Origin: Phoronis australis
Lineage: Eukaryota; Animalia; Phoronida
NCBI GenBank assembly: GCA_002633005.1
Contig: NMRA01000039.1
Span: forward strand, 303,225 to 367,224
Length of the DNA: 64,000 bases
Direction of reading: 5' to 3'
Below the pieces are notes generated by a model that made no database searches, had not been told where the DNA came from, and saw only the letters and a program-made list of their open reading frames with translations. A program made the translations under genes and the position numbers. This document shows positions 51,001 through 62,526 of this stretch, piece by piece (within the stretch, counting starts at the first letter, position 1; each line of letters begins with the position of its first letter).

Positions 51001-53754
51001 CTTAACAGTTTTTCAAACTTCAAAAGGTAAGACGAGTGTCACGGCTGGCCTTTCGGTCAGACTCGATTTTTACCACCATTAAACGATTCCGAATTGTGTC
51101 GCTAATGGAATAGCCATCCGGCTCTATGTCGTCTCGAGCCGTGGCATGCAACAGGAATTTGACTATTAAAAAACATTCGTCGACATCTGCTGTCGATGTG
51201 GCCCAGTAGTAATGACCTGTAAAACTTGGAACATTTGACGGATCCGGAATTATGAATTGCTGGAGCTATAACGAAACAAACCTCCATAGGCGTTCCTATT
51301 TTGTTTCCGAGAAAAGTCGGTTTTGGCTCTGTGACGAACTTTATTTCAGACGCGATATTAATTGGCAATGCGTTAGCACCTAGAAAGATTTTAAGAAACC
51401 GAATGGTCGATTAGTCTCGAATGCCAACGCGACTCTCTAAAATGAGAGATGAGTCCTCATTACCACCTAGTGTAAGTATATAACCAAAAATTTCAGCTTA
51501 ATAAAAGGTTTGCCAAATAAGTTGGCATGCACCGTTCATTTTGGACGAACTGCGTCAATGTTTCGTGCAACTTTGACAAAATCGTAAAACTTATCTGTTC
51601 ACACAAAATAAATATGGCGACCAAGTTATGTTTTTGACTTCATTTGCATCTTTCTTGTCAAATTCCGTTTTCCGGTAAATTAAATTTAAATGAAACTGAC
51701 GAGAAATGTATCTCTCAGAGCACACTGTCTGACGCTAAGCATAATATTACTGATCCCATAATTTTGACAGACTTTCATAATAATTCGTTGTGTTGCCATG
51801 GAGATGTCGCTATGGGGCTGTCCTGTGCCAATTGGAGTAGGGCCCCACAGCGATTTAAATTATTACATCTGATCCGCCCTGTCGAAAACTATAATCTACA
51901 CGTAGGTTTTAGTAAAACATGATGCTATGCAATGACGACAACACGTCTTCTATTGAGCATTGCGCCAAAGTTTGCGCGACGGGAACAGGTGGAGCCAATC
52001 ATTTCACCGAAAGGCAGTTTAATGAAGGATGAACACCGGTCACGAGAGTTCACTTTATTTGCGGTTAATACTTTAATTAAAATTAACAGGTCTACGTAAA
52101 GTTGGATTTGAACAGAGTAATTACACTGCTAAGACTGGAGCATTCGGTTAACTGTGTAAGTGAAATATTTTTACAGCTATCCAAGGCATGCTCGCGACAA
52201 TGCCGTTTTTTCGAAGCAGATGTAGTATATGTTGTTGTGGCCTGAACGCAACCTTTGATGTCCCTGGGGCATGTTTGGATTTCACGAAGCGAAAATATAA
52301 ACAGTTATGGCTACTGTCCACTCACCCAGATCTAAGGTCATCGGCCGCTTTAGAATAGTACATGGGACGTAACTGGAATTTAGTAATTTCTAATGTCTTG
52401 CTTTCTTTCACTGTACACTTCTTGGCAGGTTTTTTGGTAAGAAAACGAAAGAAATATCAAATGAACCTAGGGGAACCTGAATATTCTCACCGGGCTGTCC
52501 ATGGGCAACCTGTTGATGAACCCCTTCCTCACGGAAGAGTGTGTGCAAGTACACTTATTTAATCTCCTTGTTAAGTATCAATATTTCAAGATATTCCTTT
52601 TTGGATACATTAGTCACTGCGCTGTATGACATATATAATAAAGAGACCATTTTAAAAAATAATAAGATACAAAATTAGCGATACAGAACGCAGTCCTGGT
52701 TTCATTTTCTGCGAGGTGTATGAAAAGTCAGCAAGTTTCATTAGTTTTCATAGTGAAAGTCCACTTATGTCACGCGACTTAAAACATGGTACTCTGCACA
52801 AAGTGTGGATTTTGCGGGAAACAAAATTCGAAAAGACGCTGACATTATACGGTTAGCTTTAAAAAATAAGGTTTGTTTGTATTAATTAACATAGGTAAAA
52901 TTAATTGTACTTATAACTGGTGGGATTTTTAAAAAAAATTATGTTTCCAATAAAGCTCAACAGCCAGTGGACCATTATTTAGCGTCAAGGCAAAGAAGAG
53001 TGGTAAAAGGCAAATTAATTACAATTCCACTTAATACAAAACAGGCAGACGTAAAAGAAATTGCAGAAGTTCTCTGGAAATAGAACAGCTAAGGTTGCGA
53101 CTCTTATTTATAAACATGTCTACGAATGACTGGAATTCAATCCAGAACAATGACACAACCTAATTAGCATAATATATTTTTCGGTCCAACCCCTTAGGTT
53201 AGATACGCCCCCAACTGGTTTAGGGGGCAGCTCAGTGTTCGCCCGACGGACCCTCTTGTTATAGTATTACGTTTGTCGCGTTGATACGGGAAAATACAAT
53301 TTGTTCATCTTTTTCATTTTAACTGTGTTATTTAAGTTTTCCCTAACAAAAGAGCATGATTTTGCCGTTGTTTATTTAAACTGTCTAATAGGTATGGAAA
53401 CATGCATTTTAAGGAAGCTCAACATTTTTACAAGGTAGTTCGGGCTTGTTCCATGAGGAATTTTCTTAAAAGTCTTTGCACACCCAGGAGTCTAGTCAAG
53501 CGCAATATAGCATTTGCCCCTTGAATAATTGGTCTGCATTTAATACTTGTCAATTGGAGAAGATACGGAACACAACACCGAAACTAAATTATACGTGTGA
53601 CATGATTGAAGCACGCACATATATTAAACGATTTGTCATAATTTCCCCGTTTCTTGGACGGGAGACATCACTTACCTCTCTTGCCTTGTAAAGTCACGGC
53701 CTTTGCTATCGATGTGAGCGCAAGTAGCGCCAAGCATGTCCTCGTGAGTCCCAT
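10244..53754 (-). CDS. Clade-A fibrillar collagen alpha chain (type I/II-like), ~1337 aa, 40 coding exons plus one duplicated exon
   Basis: Exons in transcript order: 53754-53676, 50197-50178, 48365-48297, 44768-44700, 44103-44059, 43495-43442, 42893-42786, 41629-41531, 41040-40888, 40535-40437, 39708-39565, 38510-38403, 38120-38067, 36615-36463, 35521-35468, 34731-34633, 34092-33985 (duplicate 33438-33331), 32593-32441, 30984-30832, 29325-29272, 28016-27963, 26617-26456, 25877-25770, 23841-23680, 23415-23308, 22618-22511, 21856-21749, 21238-21077, 20458-20405, 19481-19374, 18986-18933, 17281-17210, 16780-16709, 15721-15620, 15091-15056, 14509-14383, 13145-13042, 12570-12499, 11796-11578, 10390-10244. 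All have AG acceptors and GT donors (one GC) with consistent phases. Helix exons are Gly-X-Y in multiples of 9 bp and COLFI motifs follow at the C-terminus. Confidence 0.95.
13769..14270 (+). mobile_element. MITE family A, copy 1 (TIR ~TGACGGCGTTTTCCCGTT)
   Basis: Ends are ttacggcgttttcccgtt and aatggcagaatgccatca. The whole length is similar to the reverse complement of 28687-29238. Confidence 0.8.
15620..44768 (-). CDS. Collagen major triple-helix exons (337 Gly-X-Y triplets, counting the duplicated exon once) and C-telopeptide
   Basis: Phase-0 exons of 45/54/72/99/108/144/153/162 bp, each starting with a Gly codon. The helix starts GPAGPRGFQ (exon 44768-44700) and ends GQPGSG, followed by [28 protein letters not shown] (exon 15721-15620). 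Confidence 0.93.
16388..16676. mobile_element. Harbinger-like MITE
   Basis: Imperfect ~30-bp TIRs (gggtctctgtttcgtgaaaagttagttaagact and agtcttaagtcacttttcctgaaacgaagcc) flanked by CAG on both sides as a putative 3-bp TSD. Confidence 0.5.
17700..18010 (+). repeat. Dispersed repeat, also present at ~38780-39040
   Basis: Shared core aatgttccacttttgca..aggggta....aa..aggacttt, followed by gtaactgc.tttt...ttc(c)atcttga at both loci. Confidence 0.6.
18545..18901 (+). repeat. Old dispersed element B; its paralogue at 24878-25736 is interrupted by a younger MITE
   Basis: Colinear blocks aatggcaa...caaaatttt, aagtct..a.tg.cacaac, tcaactttgtttttg.caca and gtcacagaatt repeats occur at both loci. Confidence 0.65.
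24943..25463. mobile_element. hAT-like MITE C, copy 1 (13-bp TIR CAGGGCTTGGAAT)
   Basis: Perfect TIRs cagggcttggaat and attccaagccctg, with repeated subterminal GCGGAAA motifs. TSD degenerate. Confidence 0.75.
28687..29238 (-). mobile_element. MITE family A, copy 2 (inverted relative to copy 1)
   Basis: For example, ttttccagacgtgaggggtgctgaac is the reverse complement of ~14220-14245. The copy ends in gcaacgggatgtggccgtca. Confidence 0.8.
29971..30020. repeat. Perfect 25-bp direct tandem duplication
   Basis: cggtcatcaggggagactactctga occurs twice in tandem. Confidence 0.85.
30150..30580. repeat. Degenerate ~21-22-bp minisatellite (cacgtgtcacattgtatgtgcc-like)
   Basis: Repeated gtgcccacgtgtcac/attgtat units. 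These explain the spurious Cys/His-rich ORFs in the track. Confidence 0.7.
32742..33020 (-). mobile_element. MITE family A, copy 3 (diverged, truncated)
   Basis: Begins tgacggcgttttcccgttc and follows copy 2 colinearly (tatgacaacaggcaggccaa; gttgggtgattttggcaattcaaaaactaaac). Confidence 0.7.
33054..34336. repeat. Near-identical tandem duplication (33054-33682 and 33684-34336) separated by a single N and containing a collagen exon
   Basis: Copies differ by a few SNPs, a 1-bp indel and a 23-bp microduplication. The N is at 33683. Confidence 0.95.
36311..36352. repeat. (AAT/AAC)n microsatellite
   Basis: caataataataacaacaacaataataataataataataat. Confidence 0.8.
37473..37618. repeat. 35-bp minisatellite, 4 copies
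   Basis: Unit aaacggggaggcatcatgaggcatcattgtctttt; copies are near-identical. Confidence 0.9.
39150..39372 (-). mobile_element. tRNA-derived SINE-like fragment
   Basis: The minus strand reads gtggcctggttgataag (A-box-like) ... gagggttcgagtcccacc (B-box GGTTCGAGTCC), followed by a non-tRNA body. No intact cloverleaf. Confidence 0.5.
42959..43223. mobile_element. hAT-like MITE C, copy 2 (shorter, different interior)
   Basis: Same perfect 13-bp TIRs, with subterminal GAGGAAA motifs. Confidence 0.7.
44880..45400. repeat. Degenerate ~110-bp tandem repeat, about 4-5 copies
   Basis: Recurring blocks ggtaaaaagctgtg/gatacaaatctgtg ... taccatagg ... tactc..caaa..agcttt. Confidence 0.5.
45922..46002. 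repeat. Direct repeat of tttcttttggggacatgaaaactgatggaaa
   Basis: Two near-exact copies ~46 bp apart. Confidence 0.75.
47503..47631. mobile_element. Short MITE (CAGGGGCGG.. TIR)
   Basis: Imperfect TIRs caggggcgggtccagg and cttgaaatctgcctctg, with G/C runs inside. Confidence 0.55.
48297..48365 (-). CDS. Collagen N-telopeptide-like exon [23 protein letters not shown]
   Basis: tttttcctttcacag acceptor, CAG|GTAAGA donor, 69 bp, phase 0-0, open in the frame needed to join exon 44768. Contains a candidate cross-link Lys. Confidence 0.8.
50178..50197 (-). CDS. 20-bp collagen microexon (A)NPAWEK
   Basis: ttttgcag acceptor and GTAAGT donor. The phase-1 start and phase-0 end exactly bridge the signal-peptide exon and exon 48365. 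Confidence 0.7.
53676..53754 (-). CDS. Collagen first coding exon: signal peptide [19 protein letters not shown] followed by VTLQGKR
   Basis: ATG in atcATGG context, hydrophobic core with an AKA (A-x-A) cleavage site, and a GAG|GTAAGT phase-1 donor. Confidence 0.82.
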
Positions 53755-56700
53755 GATTGGAATTGCCTTTTTAATATAAACGCAGTGCATGCGCCCTCGT
53801 TACCACAGAATGTCAGGATATGCCGCACGGGCGTCTTCCTACGGGAGCCCAGTACTCGTGCTACTTGTCCAAGCAACACAGAGTCGGACTGTCAACCGTT
53901 AGCCGTTACAAACTGCAGATGAATCCTGGTCTCCCGGCGGATAGAGCACTGAAAGTAGTCCCGTCATCCTTTTATCTATTTCTTATCAGCCAATTAGAGG
54001 CAAGGAATGATCATTACTGTCACATCGGCCCGAAATGCTCTCGGGGGCTGGACAAGGGGCGGATTTTTGACGAAGAAAAGTGACAAGTCATTTTTGTGAC
54101 ATTTGTGGTGGAGTTTTGAAATCTAATCCCCATGCCACCCTTGACTGCCGTTGAGTTTATGTTCGCTAACCACAACGCCCCCGACTTTTTAGCAGACACT
54201 GTACAAAAGATCATTTTCTTCTCGCTCTATCATTTGCTTAGAGTGTCAGACAATCCTGATGAAACTATGGTTCCGAGCATATAACACTTTGAGACACTTG
54301 TGCATTGTGTGACCTCTTCGTGGGTTATAAAACATGTTACTGCTCGACACTAACGGTAATCAATTCGGGTAACACGTATTTTTCCATATTTCATAAACTC
54401 CTGACGGGAAAGTCAGCGTGGCAACTTAATATGAAAGATAATTGTCTTGTAACATTTCAGTTGAAAAACAACACAATTATTGCCGCACACGGAAAATGTG
54501 TGTGTGGTGTACATTTGTTTGTCTTTCAGTTTGTGCTAATTCTATTTGCCTTATGTTACTACACCTATAGTCGTTATACGTCTAAACTGTAGTCTTATGC
54601 ATCCAAGTTTTATCTCTTACGCTTTTCTAAAAGGGTGTATATATACAGTTTTCATCGTAGTTTTATAATGTTTATTCATGAGCAGTTTTTAACTCGCCCA
54701 AATGGAGATCTGTTATCTGTCCGAAAGAAATATTTACCTCTGGGTGCGGATGACCCACGCTTTATCAAAGCCTGCCACATCCTATTTAAAAATGCATTCT
54801 ATTGTGTTTTGTTTCATTTTTACCTCTTTATTGAGTTATCAGCTCTCTTTGAATGACTTGAAGCCAACGTCGGCAATGAGCGATATGTGATAAAGTCACA
54901 AAACATAACGGAGTTTGCTCCTTTGTAGCTTTGGTCAAACCTAATAAAATACATACCAAACAGTAATCTCAAAAATGCGTTTTTCGGCACTGAAACTCAT
55001 TGTGTCACGTTGGTCGATACCGGCTGCTATTCATTATTTACCAATTAACTAGAGATGTGTATCTCAATTCATGACTTCTTGTTCCAGCGATAATGTATCT
55101 AGGGACACCTTGGCGAGCACTCATTGGGCTGATGTGACAACTAGTGAGAATTTTATCTACTCTACGACCACGTAAATATCTGTAACCAGATCAGAAGTAC
55201 CCAGATTATTGAGCCATGTCTTATCCAGTGTATGAATTAAAGAAAATTTCTCTTCATATTTTCTGGAAACTGTCGCAAAAGTACTTGTTGGACAAAAGTA
55301 CTTGTTGCAATTATGTTTAAAGTGCAATAGTGGGCCTATAGATAAACGTTGGTCTAACGTTTCTCTATTTTTTCAGTAGAGAACAATTTTGGCCCCATTT
55401 ATCACCAAAAAGGAAAGCTAATGTTCAAAAAATTGATCACGCACAGCTGTACCGGTCATTTTTGTCTTCTGCATCTTTCGTTCCCACGCCAGACGACACG
55501 CTCCTGCCGTCTCCCATTTCGGGTGTCACGTGACTGTTCCAGGGTCTCTCTGATTAGTTCTCAGGCAACGCATTTTAAGAACACGGACAATTTGTCCTTC
55601 GTAAGGGCACTACATTAAATATTTTATGTCTGGGACATATGAAATCAATCATAACGCGCTTTCTAAAAGTTGAATACCTTTACAATCATACGGCCATGGT
55701 TTCCTTCCTGTTTTCATGCGCCACGAATCAAGCAATTATTGACACAACTCGTTAAAACTTCATGCAAGGCTCGTCAAATATTTGCAAATATACCACCAGC
55801 ACTTTTAATGTGGTCGTTTTCTTGCTGTGATTGCTAACTACTTTTCTAAAAAAGTTCGGTTATGAAACAGACTGCGGTTTACACCGGGTTTCCTGTGACC
55901 ACTCTTTAGCTAAGCAGACGATCGCCGTTCCACAGGTGGTTCAGTAAACGTGGAAGCTGTTCGGGCAAAAAAAGTTTAATCCGTCTGCTGGTATCACAAT
56001 ACTAACTGCAATTTAAAATGGGGAATTGAGCTTCCGTTGCTACTAGGTGAAACGTGAACTTTAAGGGGTAATCGTCTGCATCGCCAGGTGGTTTTGCAAG
56101 TGAGTGGTCAGCGGTCGTTTCAAAAATGGGTGAGGTGAACTGACGGTCAGTCCAGGTCACTTTCAAGGAAGGGTGACAGTGGCGAGTTTTAGATCACCGG
56201 CAATTGCAACGAGTAAACAAGCTGACCACTCAATATCCTCCTGTTGTGTCAAAGCGAGTATAAGCCCCGCGTTCCGACAAAGAAATTAACTTTTGATTTA
56301 GACCTCTAAGTTGCTGTTATAAACTTGGTTTTAACTTGTTTCTTACACACGTGAGAAGTGATTCCAGGATTGTCAAAGAACTGGCAATTTTTTATTGCTT
56401 AGACTATGCTCAGTGTTTGTATGAAATTACAACTTTTAATGACTGTTCTCCAGCGATAGCGAAGTACCTTTTCTTTAGGCCCTGAAATAACATCTGTGTT
56501 GACTGAGGAACGGATTTTTGGCTTTCCATAACGATACGTGGTTTAAATAAACACTTGCTCTGATGAAAGGCGGGTTTATAGGTGGTTGAAAAATAAAATC
56601 ACGATTGGTCACTTACACATGCAAAGTCAGTCACGATATTTTCGTTACTATTCGCTGCCATGAAGAACTCTCAAGGCATTTAGGTGCTAAAACAACTAGC

Positions 56701-57777
56701 TTAAAATCTTTGAAATGGCCACCACAGTTTCCATTCAGTCACGAGTTATCTCTCAATTCTAAATTGACGTTGGAACCGATGTTATTGAAACAAGGACAAT
56801 TCTAGTCCAGCCTCAAAATGTTGTTCATTGGCCCCTCGCCCGATTCTCGCTGCCGAGGTAGACCCACGCCCCTCAGTCGTGCCCCATGTCACGCTGCCTC
56901 GCCCTTTCATGATACCATTAACGTTTTTGCCGCCCGCCCTCTGCGCCGTCCTGGGAGGACATCCTTCTAGTCCCCTATACGCCATTGTACGTTGTGCGCT
57001 CATTTTACGTTTCAACAAGTATGTCGTAACTGAAAAAATCAATCCCGTGGTCTAATTTTTTTCGAATCGCCATTCTTGTTGCTCTTTATCCATAAAACTA
57101 AGCCTTTGTTGCCCGGAAGCTGGCGACGTAAAAAGAGACTGTGCAGTGCTGACACCTTCTGGACTTGTTCTCAGCAACTAAACACATGGATGTCGCTGAG
57201 GCGTTGAATTCTGGTGACGTTGATGACTCAGCTGTTCAACACATAATTAACTTACGGTTTTTAGAAGTCTCTGAACTTCCTTTTTAGACAATTACGTACA
57301 ATGAAAACAAATTGCGCAAGGCCAGAGACACGTTCCTGTTGAGGACACGGCAACCCCGCCAAGCGCATTGCTCAGAATTCACCTGGCACAGTGTTTCAAC
57401 TGAAACTGGAATTGTTTTGACCGTTTTGTTGAGCTTGATTTTTCATTAAAAAATATTGAGACGTGTATCAACGTACTGACTCCCAAATTACATTGTGGAA
57501 GAACTCGAAGTTAGTGGCGAAATCTGAACACATTCTTTCTGTTACTCGCGTTGTCCGGAAAGAGTTTCGTAGACGCTAGACTCTCGCCAAGGAAGCGTGT
57601 GTGATCACACATGGCGATATTTCGCGAAGTCTTGCAAAGTTTTGCTTTTCTCACACGAAATTAGGTCTACGGGTCGTACTGCGGGTATCACTTTATAGTG
57701 TACGTATTGATTTTTCACCGTCGGGTCATATATTTCTTCCGAATTTGCCTCAGATAACTGATTCATTTTATACTTAC

Positions 57778-58030
57778 CAGCTTAGATCACAGAATTGTTT
57801 GCAGTCAAAAGATATCAACAAAATATAAACTTTTTGTAACTTTCACTCCTGTTTGAGTTATTTCATTATTTTGTTTATTTGTGAAAGCGGCCAGGGTTTC
57901 CGCGCAAGACAGTTGACTGAGTAATCATATTGCGTGAGTCAGCTGTCTCTCACTACAGCGGCCATTTTAGGTGGTTTTTACAACACCAAAAATTTAACTG
58001 AAAATACATATTAAATTCAGGATTTATGTT
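57778..58030 (-). promoter_or_regulatory. Candidate promoter and non-coding first exon of the collagen gene
   Basis: Strong donor CTG|GTAAGTA at 57778/57777. Upstream on the minus strand are an Inr-like TCAGTT (~58001-57996), a YY1-like AAAATGGCCGC (~57968-57958) and an AP-1 TGACTCA (~57941-57935). The matching acceptor before the ATG (aaaag at 53767) is weak. Confidence 0.3.
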
Positions 58031-58480
58031 GGATGAGCGTTTGGGCGTAGGCTTTGTTAAAATATGTTATATGCAGTTTTTAACTAAAGTGAAGCGTAAC
58101 GAGTAAACTGATGGAAGTAACCACTATTAAAAATTAAGTCGCAGTGTTAGACCAAATAACCTGTCCAATCATATACGAACACGCGTCTTCGGAAACGTCG
58201 AATACAGTACTTCCTAATATCACAAATACATGTGGTTTACAGTTTTTCTCTTTCAGAAGTCCTACGCATAGGAATACGATTCGGAAACGGATAATTGTTG
58301 GGCACCAGTGAAGACAGGTTCTACAACTTGTCAATATGTTGCCGTTAGCAACCAGATTACGATTTCGCAAAATTTGAAAAAGCAGTTGTATAAATCTTTA
58401 ATGGAGAATCATTGTTTTGAGTTATTTTTTGTTTCTGTTAAGGGCTCAAACAACAGTCTTGGCAAGGTTGAGGACTTGGA

Positions 58481-58970
58481 TCAAGTCAATCTCGTCTCAA
58501 GTCAATGTGTAGAGCTTCGTCTCAAGTCAATCTGTACAGCCTCGTCTCAATGCAATCTGTAGAGCCTCGTCTCAAGTCATTTTGTAGGGCCTCGTCTCAA
58601 TCTGTAGAGCGTCGTCTCGGGTCAATCTGTAGAGCCTCGTCTCCAGTCAATCTGTAGAGCGTCGTCTCAAGTCAATCTGTAGAGCCTCGTCTCGAGTCAA
58701 TCTGTAGAGCGTCGTCTCGGGTCAATCTGTAGAGCCTCGTCTCGAGTCAATCTGTAGAGCCTCGTCTCGAGTCAATCTGTAGAGCGTCGTCTCGGGTCAA
58801 TCTGTAGAGCCTCGTCTCCAGTCAATCTGTAGAGCCTCGTCTCGAGTCAATCTGTAGAGCCTCGTCTCAAGTCAATCTGTAGAGCCTCGTCTCGAGTCAA
58901 TCTGTAGAGCCTGGTCTCAAGTCAATCTGTGGAGCCTCGTCTCAAGTCAATCTGTGGAGCCTCGTCTCAA
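58481..58970. repeat. 25-bp minisatellite, ~19 copies
   Basis: Unit gtcaatctgtagagcctcgtctc(ga/aa/gg/ca), head-to-tail with no spacers. Confidence 0.92.
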
Positions 58971-59506
58971 GAGATAATGAACTGTGTTCTTTCTAAGCCC
59001 AGAATCACCTTTATTTTGACAAAAGGACAATTTGAGACCTCTGTTATACAGCGATAAGTAGTCCAAATTTATTTTGGGAGGGTGCCTTTTTATAGTCTCT
59101 TTAATATTCTGTTTGTATTTCACTGTTCTGTTTTTAAGGTGACGTGTAACTTAATACGACTAGAGGTGTTACTTTCAGTTCGTGTTTTTTCTAATACTCA
59201 ATGCTTCACGTGACTTGACATCCAGGGTTACACTCATGGAAGAGCTATGCAGGACGTGCAACTCGAAATCAAATGAGAATTCTGAAAAAGTGTACTGCAT
59301 TTGTCAGTTAGTGGCCGTAATACGCTTTTGATGCTTTTCTACTTTTGAACGCGAACTCTTGTGAAGTTTGAAAACAAATCGGGATCGTACTTGCAATGAG
59401 TTGAAAAGACAGCTGCCCAAGAATCTTTATGAAGGGGTTAGATTTATGGAATTGATTCTTCTTAAAGGGTGGAAATTCTAGAGTAAATGTATACGTAAAA
59501 TAAATT

Positions 59507-59751
59507 CCCTTTTACTGGTACCCTTTTACTGGCTCCCTTTTACTGGCACCCTTTTACTGGCTCCCTTTTACTGGCTCCTTTTTACTGACTCCCTTACACT
59601 GGCTCCCTTTTACTGGCACCCTTTTACTGGCACCCTTTTACTGGCACCCTTTTACTGGCACCCTTTTACTGACTCCCTTACACTGGCTCCCTTTTACTGG
59701 CCCTCTTTTACTGACTCCCTTACACTGGCCACCTTTTACTGGCCACCTTTT
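59507..59751. repeat. 14-bp minisatellite, ~17 copies
   Basis: Unit cccttttactggc(a/t), with cccttacactggct variants. Confidence 0.92.
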
Positions 59752-60894
59752 TCGAGTATGCCCTCAAAACAGGTGAGTATCCAGATTTTCTCGTTGCTTC
59801 CCGTCAAAATATAGTCGAGTACCCTCGGGCTGTACACTTGTGCTCTAGTCAGATTTAAGCACTCTTCAGAAACAGTTGCGTGGAACATAAGACCAAATTT
59901 CCAAACTTAAGCCTTAAAAGGATGCCAAACCCGATTTTTGCCTATAAAACAAACGTTAAAAACGACTTTCCCATCGAGTTCTCTGAAACAAAGCAATGCT
60001 TCTGACAACCCTCAAACTTTGGAGCAATCTTTGAAAACTCCTTACGAATCTGCTTAACGGGTAAGTGTCACCTACGATTTAGGCAAGTTACACAACTGTG
60101 GGGACAGACCACGCACCAAGAACCATAATATAAACCCAGTGACCCCAAAAGGGAATTTGTAGTTGAATCTTGCTTTAATCCTTCACGTTTGACACCAATG
60201 ACTCATTGCCAAGTGTCAAAACGAGGATTGGTTAAAGTCGTCAAAACAGAGTTGAGTACCCTTTTAAGTTTCATTCATGAAACAGGTCACTGGCCTGAGT
60301 TCTGAAAATGCAAGAATCTCGCATGTAAAGCTAGTGTGCTCACGTTCTTTTCTTGCAGTTAATGACGATATCTCACGGAAACTTCCGTGTTTTTGCGTGT
60401 TTGCGAACGTATTGCATATACGGAAGTGGCACTTGAACTTTCATTTAGCAATTTTCTTTATTTTTCAAAAACAAGAAATGTTTTGCTTTGCCTATTCTTG
60501 TGCTTGTGCATGAAAAAAGTCTCATTAAAAATTTAGAATTGAGACCAAGAAGAAAAAATTGTTCTGGTCTCTGTTTTTTTTTTTTTTTGGAAAATCGAGT
60601 CTATGACTTGCTATTTATTTAGTTGCTCGCTTTTTTTTTTACTCATGGCTAGGGAAATCGTGGTATTTCAAACGTTGCTTACCCTTGTTTACGTGCCATT
60701 GTGCAGCTTTAAAAAACACGAAAGCTTGGCTGAAATTGATACGAGCGCATGTTTTTGGTCTGTGAGTCTAGATCTCAAAATGAGTCGGGCTGTGAAGACC
60801 AGAATCAACTTTTCTTTTGGTTTGATGAAAAGCCAAAGAATTTTTTCAAAAGGACATTATCGGCGAAAAAAGTAAAGTTCTGAGATCAAAGTCA

Positions 60895-60955
60895 GCGAGG
60901 AATCGAATCTGCGACTCGTGCTCCGTCCAACGCCCTGGTAGCAGAGCTAACCAAA
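60895..60955 (-). other. Degenerate tRNA-like (A-box/B-box) fragment
   Basis: The minus strand reads tggttagctctgctacc...gattcgattcctcg. Stems are not intact. Confidence 0.3.
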
Positions 60956-62453
60956 TAACAAATGGCAGTTCATTTTAAGCGTATAGACTGAAAGAAAGCC
61001 ACTGGTCTTGATTTAAGCAAATTTCTGGCAAACAACGGCAAGAATTAGCGATTTGCAATAAAATTACAAAAACAACGGATTTCTTTGTGGTTTCTGGCTC
61101 TGTTCAAAGCTAGCTAACAACTTTGAGGGATACCTTTACCCGTATTTAAAATGTAATGTCTTCGTCTTGAAATGCGACGGTCAACCCTTAAATTAAAGTA
61201 CAGATTTTCTAAATCTAGGAGTCGAGACAAGGCTTTTCATGTCATTCACAGCATTGCTTTTCCTGTGGTCACTTGACCATGCATTTTCGGACAAAATGTC
61301 GTTTTCCATAGGTACGTTGATAGGAAAAAGTCCTTTTACCTGCATTTGTCAAATTTCCTGTATTAAAACTGATAAAAATGCTAAAAAACTGTGTCCCGGA
61401 TTTTGCATGTTAGTGTCGATGTTTTAATGGTAAAATAAGTTCTGTATTTAGCACTTGACTCTTGATTTAAATAATAAATAAAAACGAATTCTTCAATAAA
61501 AGAGTCTGAGACTCGGTTTTCACGTTAAAAAATGTGCTGTCGCCAAATTAAATGCGATTAAAACCTATAGACTTCCTCTCAAGATTTTGTGTTCCCAAGT
61601 TGGGAGTCATGCTCATCAATTGCAATTCTAACAGTCGAACATCACCGTTTTGTTCTCGATTTATGTTCCAAGCTGTTCTTTATGGTTGTGACAGAAGCTG
61701 TAGTGTATTCGAGTTCTGCAGCACTGAAAAAAGTGGGGGCTATAGCCCCCAGCCCCCTATTATGCGCCGCCCATGTTAGTTTAATTTTTCAATATACTGC
61801 CAATGGAAAAAATATAGATTATTACATGGCGAAGACGTTTTCCCCCGTTATCTAGAGCCCGAGTGGATTTTGGAGAATTATAACGACTGAGAACATGTAA
61901 TAATCTATTTATACCACATAGTGAACGAGAAACATTGTAATGAATCGATCTACCTTTCTCGACTCGCCTCGGCTTTGTAACTACTTTCTATGTCAGAGGC
62001 CCGGTGTCGGAGGTCGTGACCTTTTACGACAAGTTGAGATATTTTTGTAAAATAATGCTTTTACTCAAAACCAATTGAAAATTAAAACAAAATAGAAATA
62101 AAGTGAATCTATAAATTAAGGTGTAGCAACTGTTATAGCTTACTACATATTTTATCACGCTAAGCTTCGACCGGGAATATATCGTCTGCTAAAGTAGGTT
62201 ACCACTAGTAACTGACTATAATGCTCAAGTCAAAGGATCCCGACCACACGACACCTGCATTCAAATTGGAGATCGGTGATTTACAAGTGAGAGAACACGA
62301 GAGAAAAATTTCACTGAATAAAAATGTCGTTTTTATGGAAATTATGCGTCTTATTTTTCGTAGCGTATAATTGTCGGTGCAATGCCCTTTGCTGAGCATG
62401 CGATTGTTACGCGTGCTCATTTAAGTATTCTATTTTCACGTTCGATGACGTCA

Positions 62454-62526
62454 GCCGCTGAGTGGTGTAGTGGTAAAGGCGGCGACTCGCAACTGTTGAG
62501 GCCCGGGTTCGAATTCGTCCTCGGTT
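62454..62526 (+). pseudogene. tRNA-like sequence (A-box TGGTGTAGTGG, B-box GGTTCGAATTC; CGC at the anticodon position)
   Basis: Internal Pol III boxes have tRNA spacing, but the acceptor and anticodon stems are imperfect. Confidence 0.55.

Noticed and set aside
52491-52509. 19-bp candidate microexon (cag...CCG|GTGAG) in collagen intron 1
   Set aside because: Its length is incompatible with the phase-1 to phase-1 requirement at that position.
56617-56990. Alternative first exon or promoter (GC-rich patch, GTAAGT donor, ORF MAANSNENIVTDFAC)
   Set aside because: No signal-peptide character and no supporting evidence. It cannot be excluded as a UTR exon but is too weak to call.
58481-58970. CRISPR-like periodicity
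   Set aside because: Units are contiguous with no unique spacers, there are no cas genes and the context is eukaryotic. It is a minisatellite.
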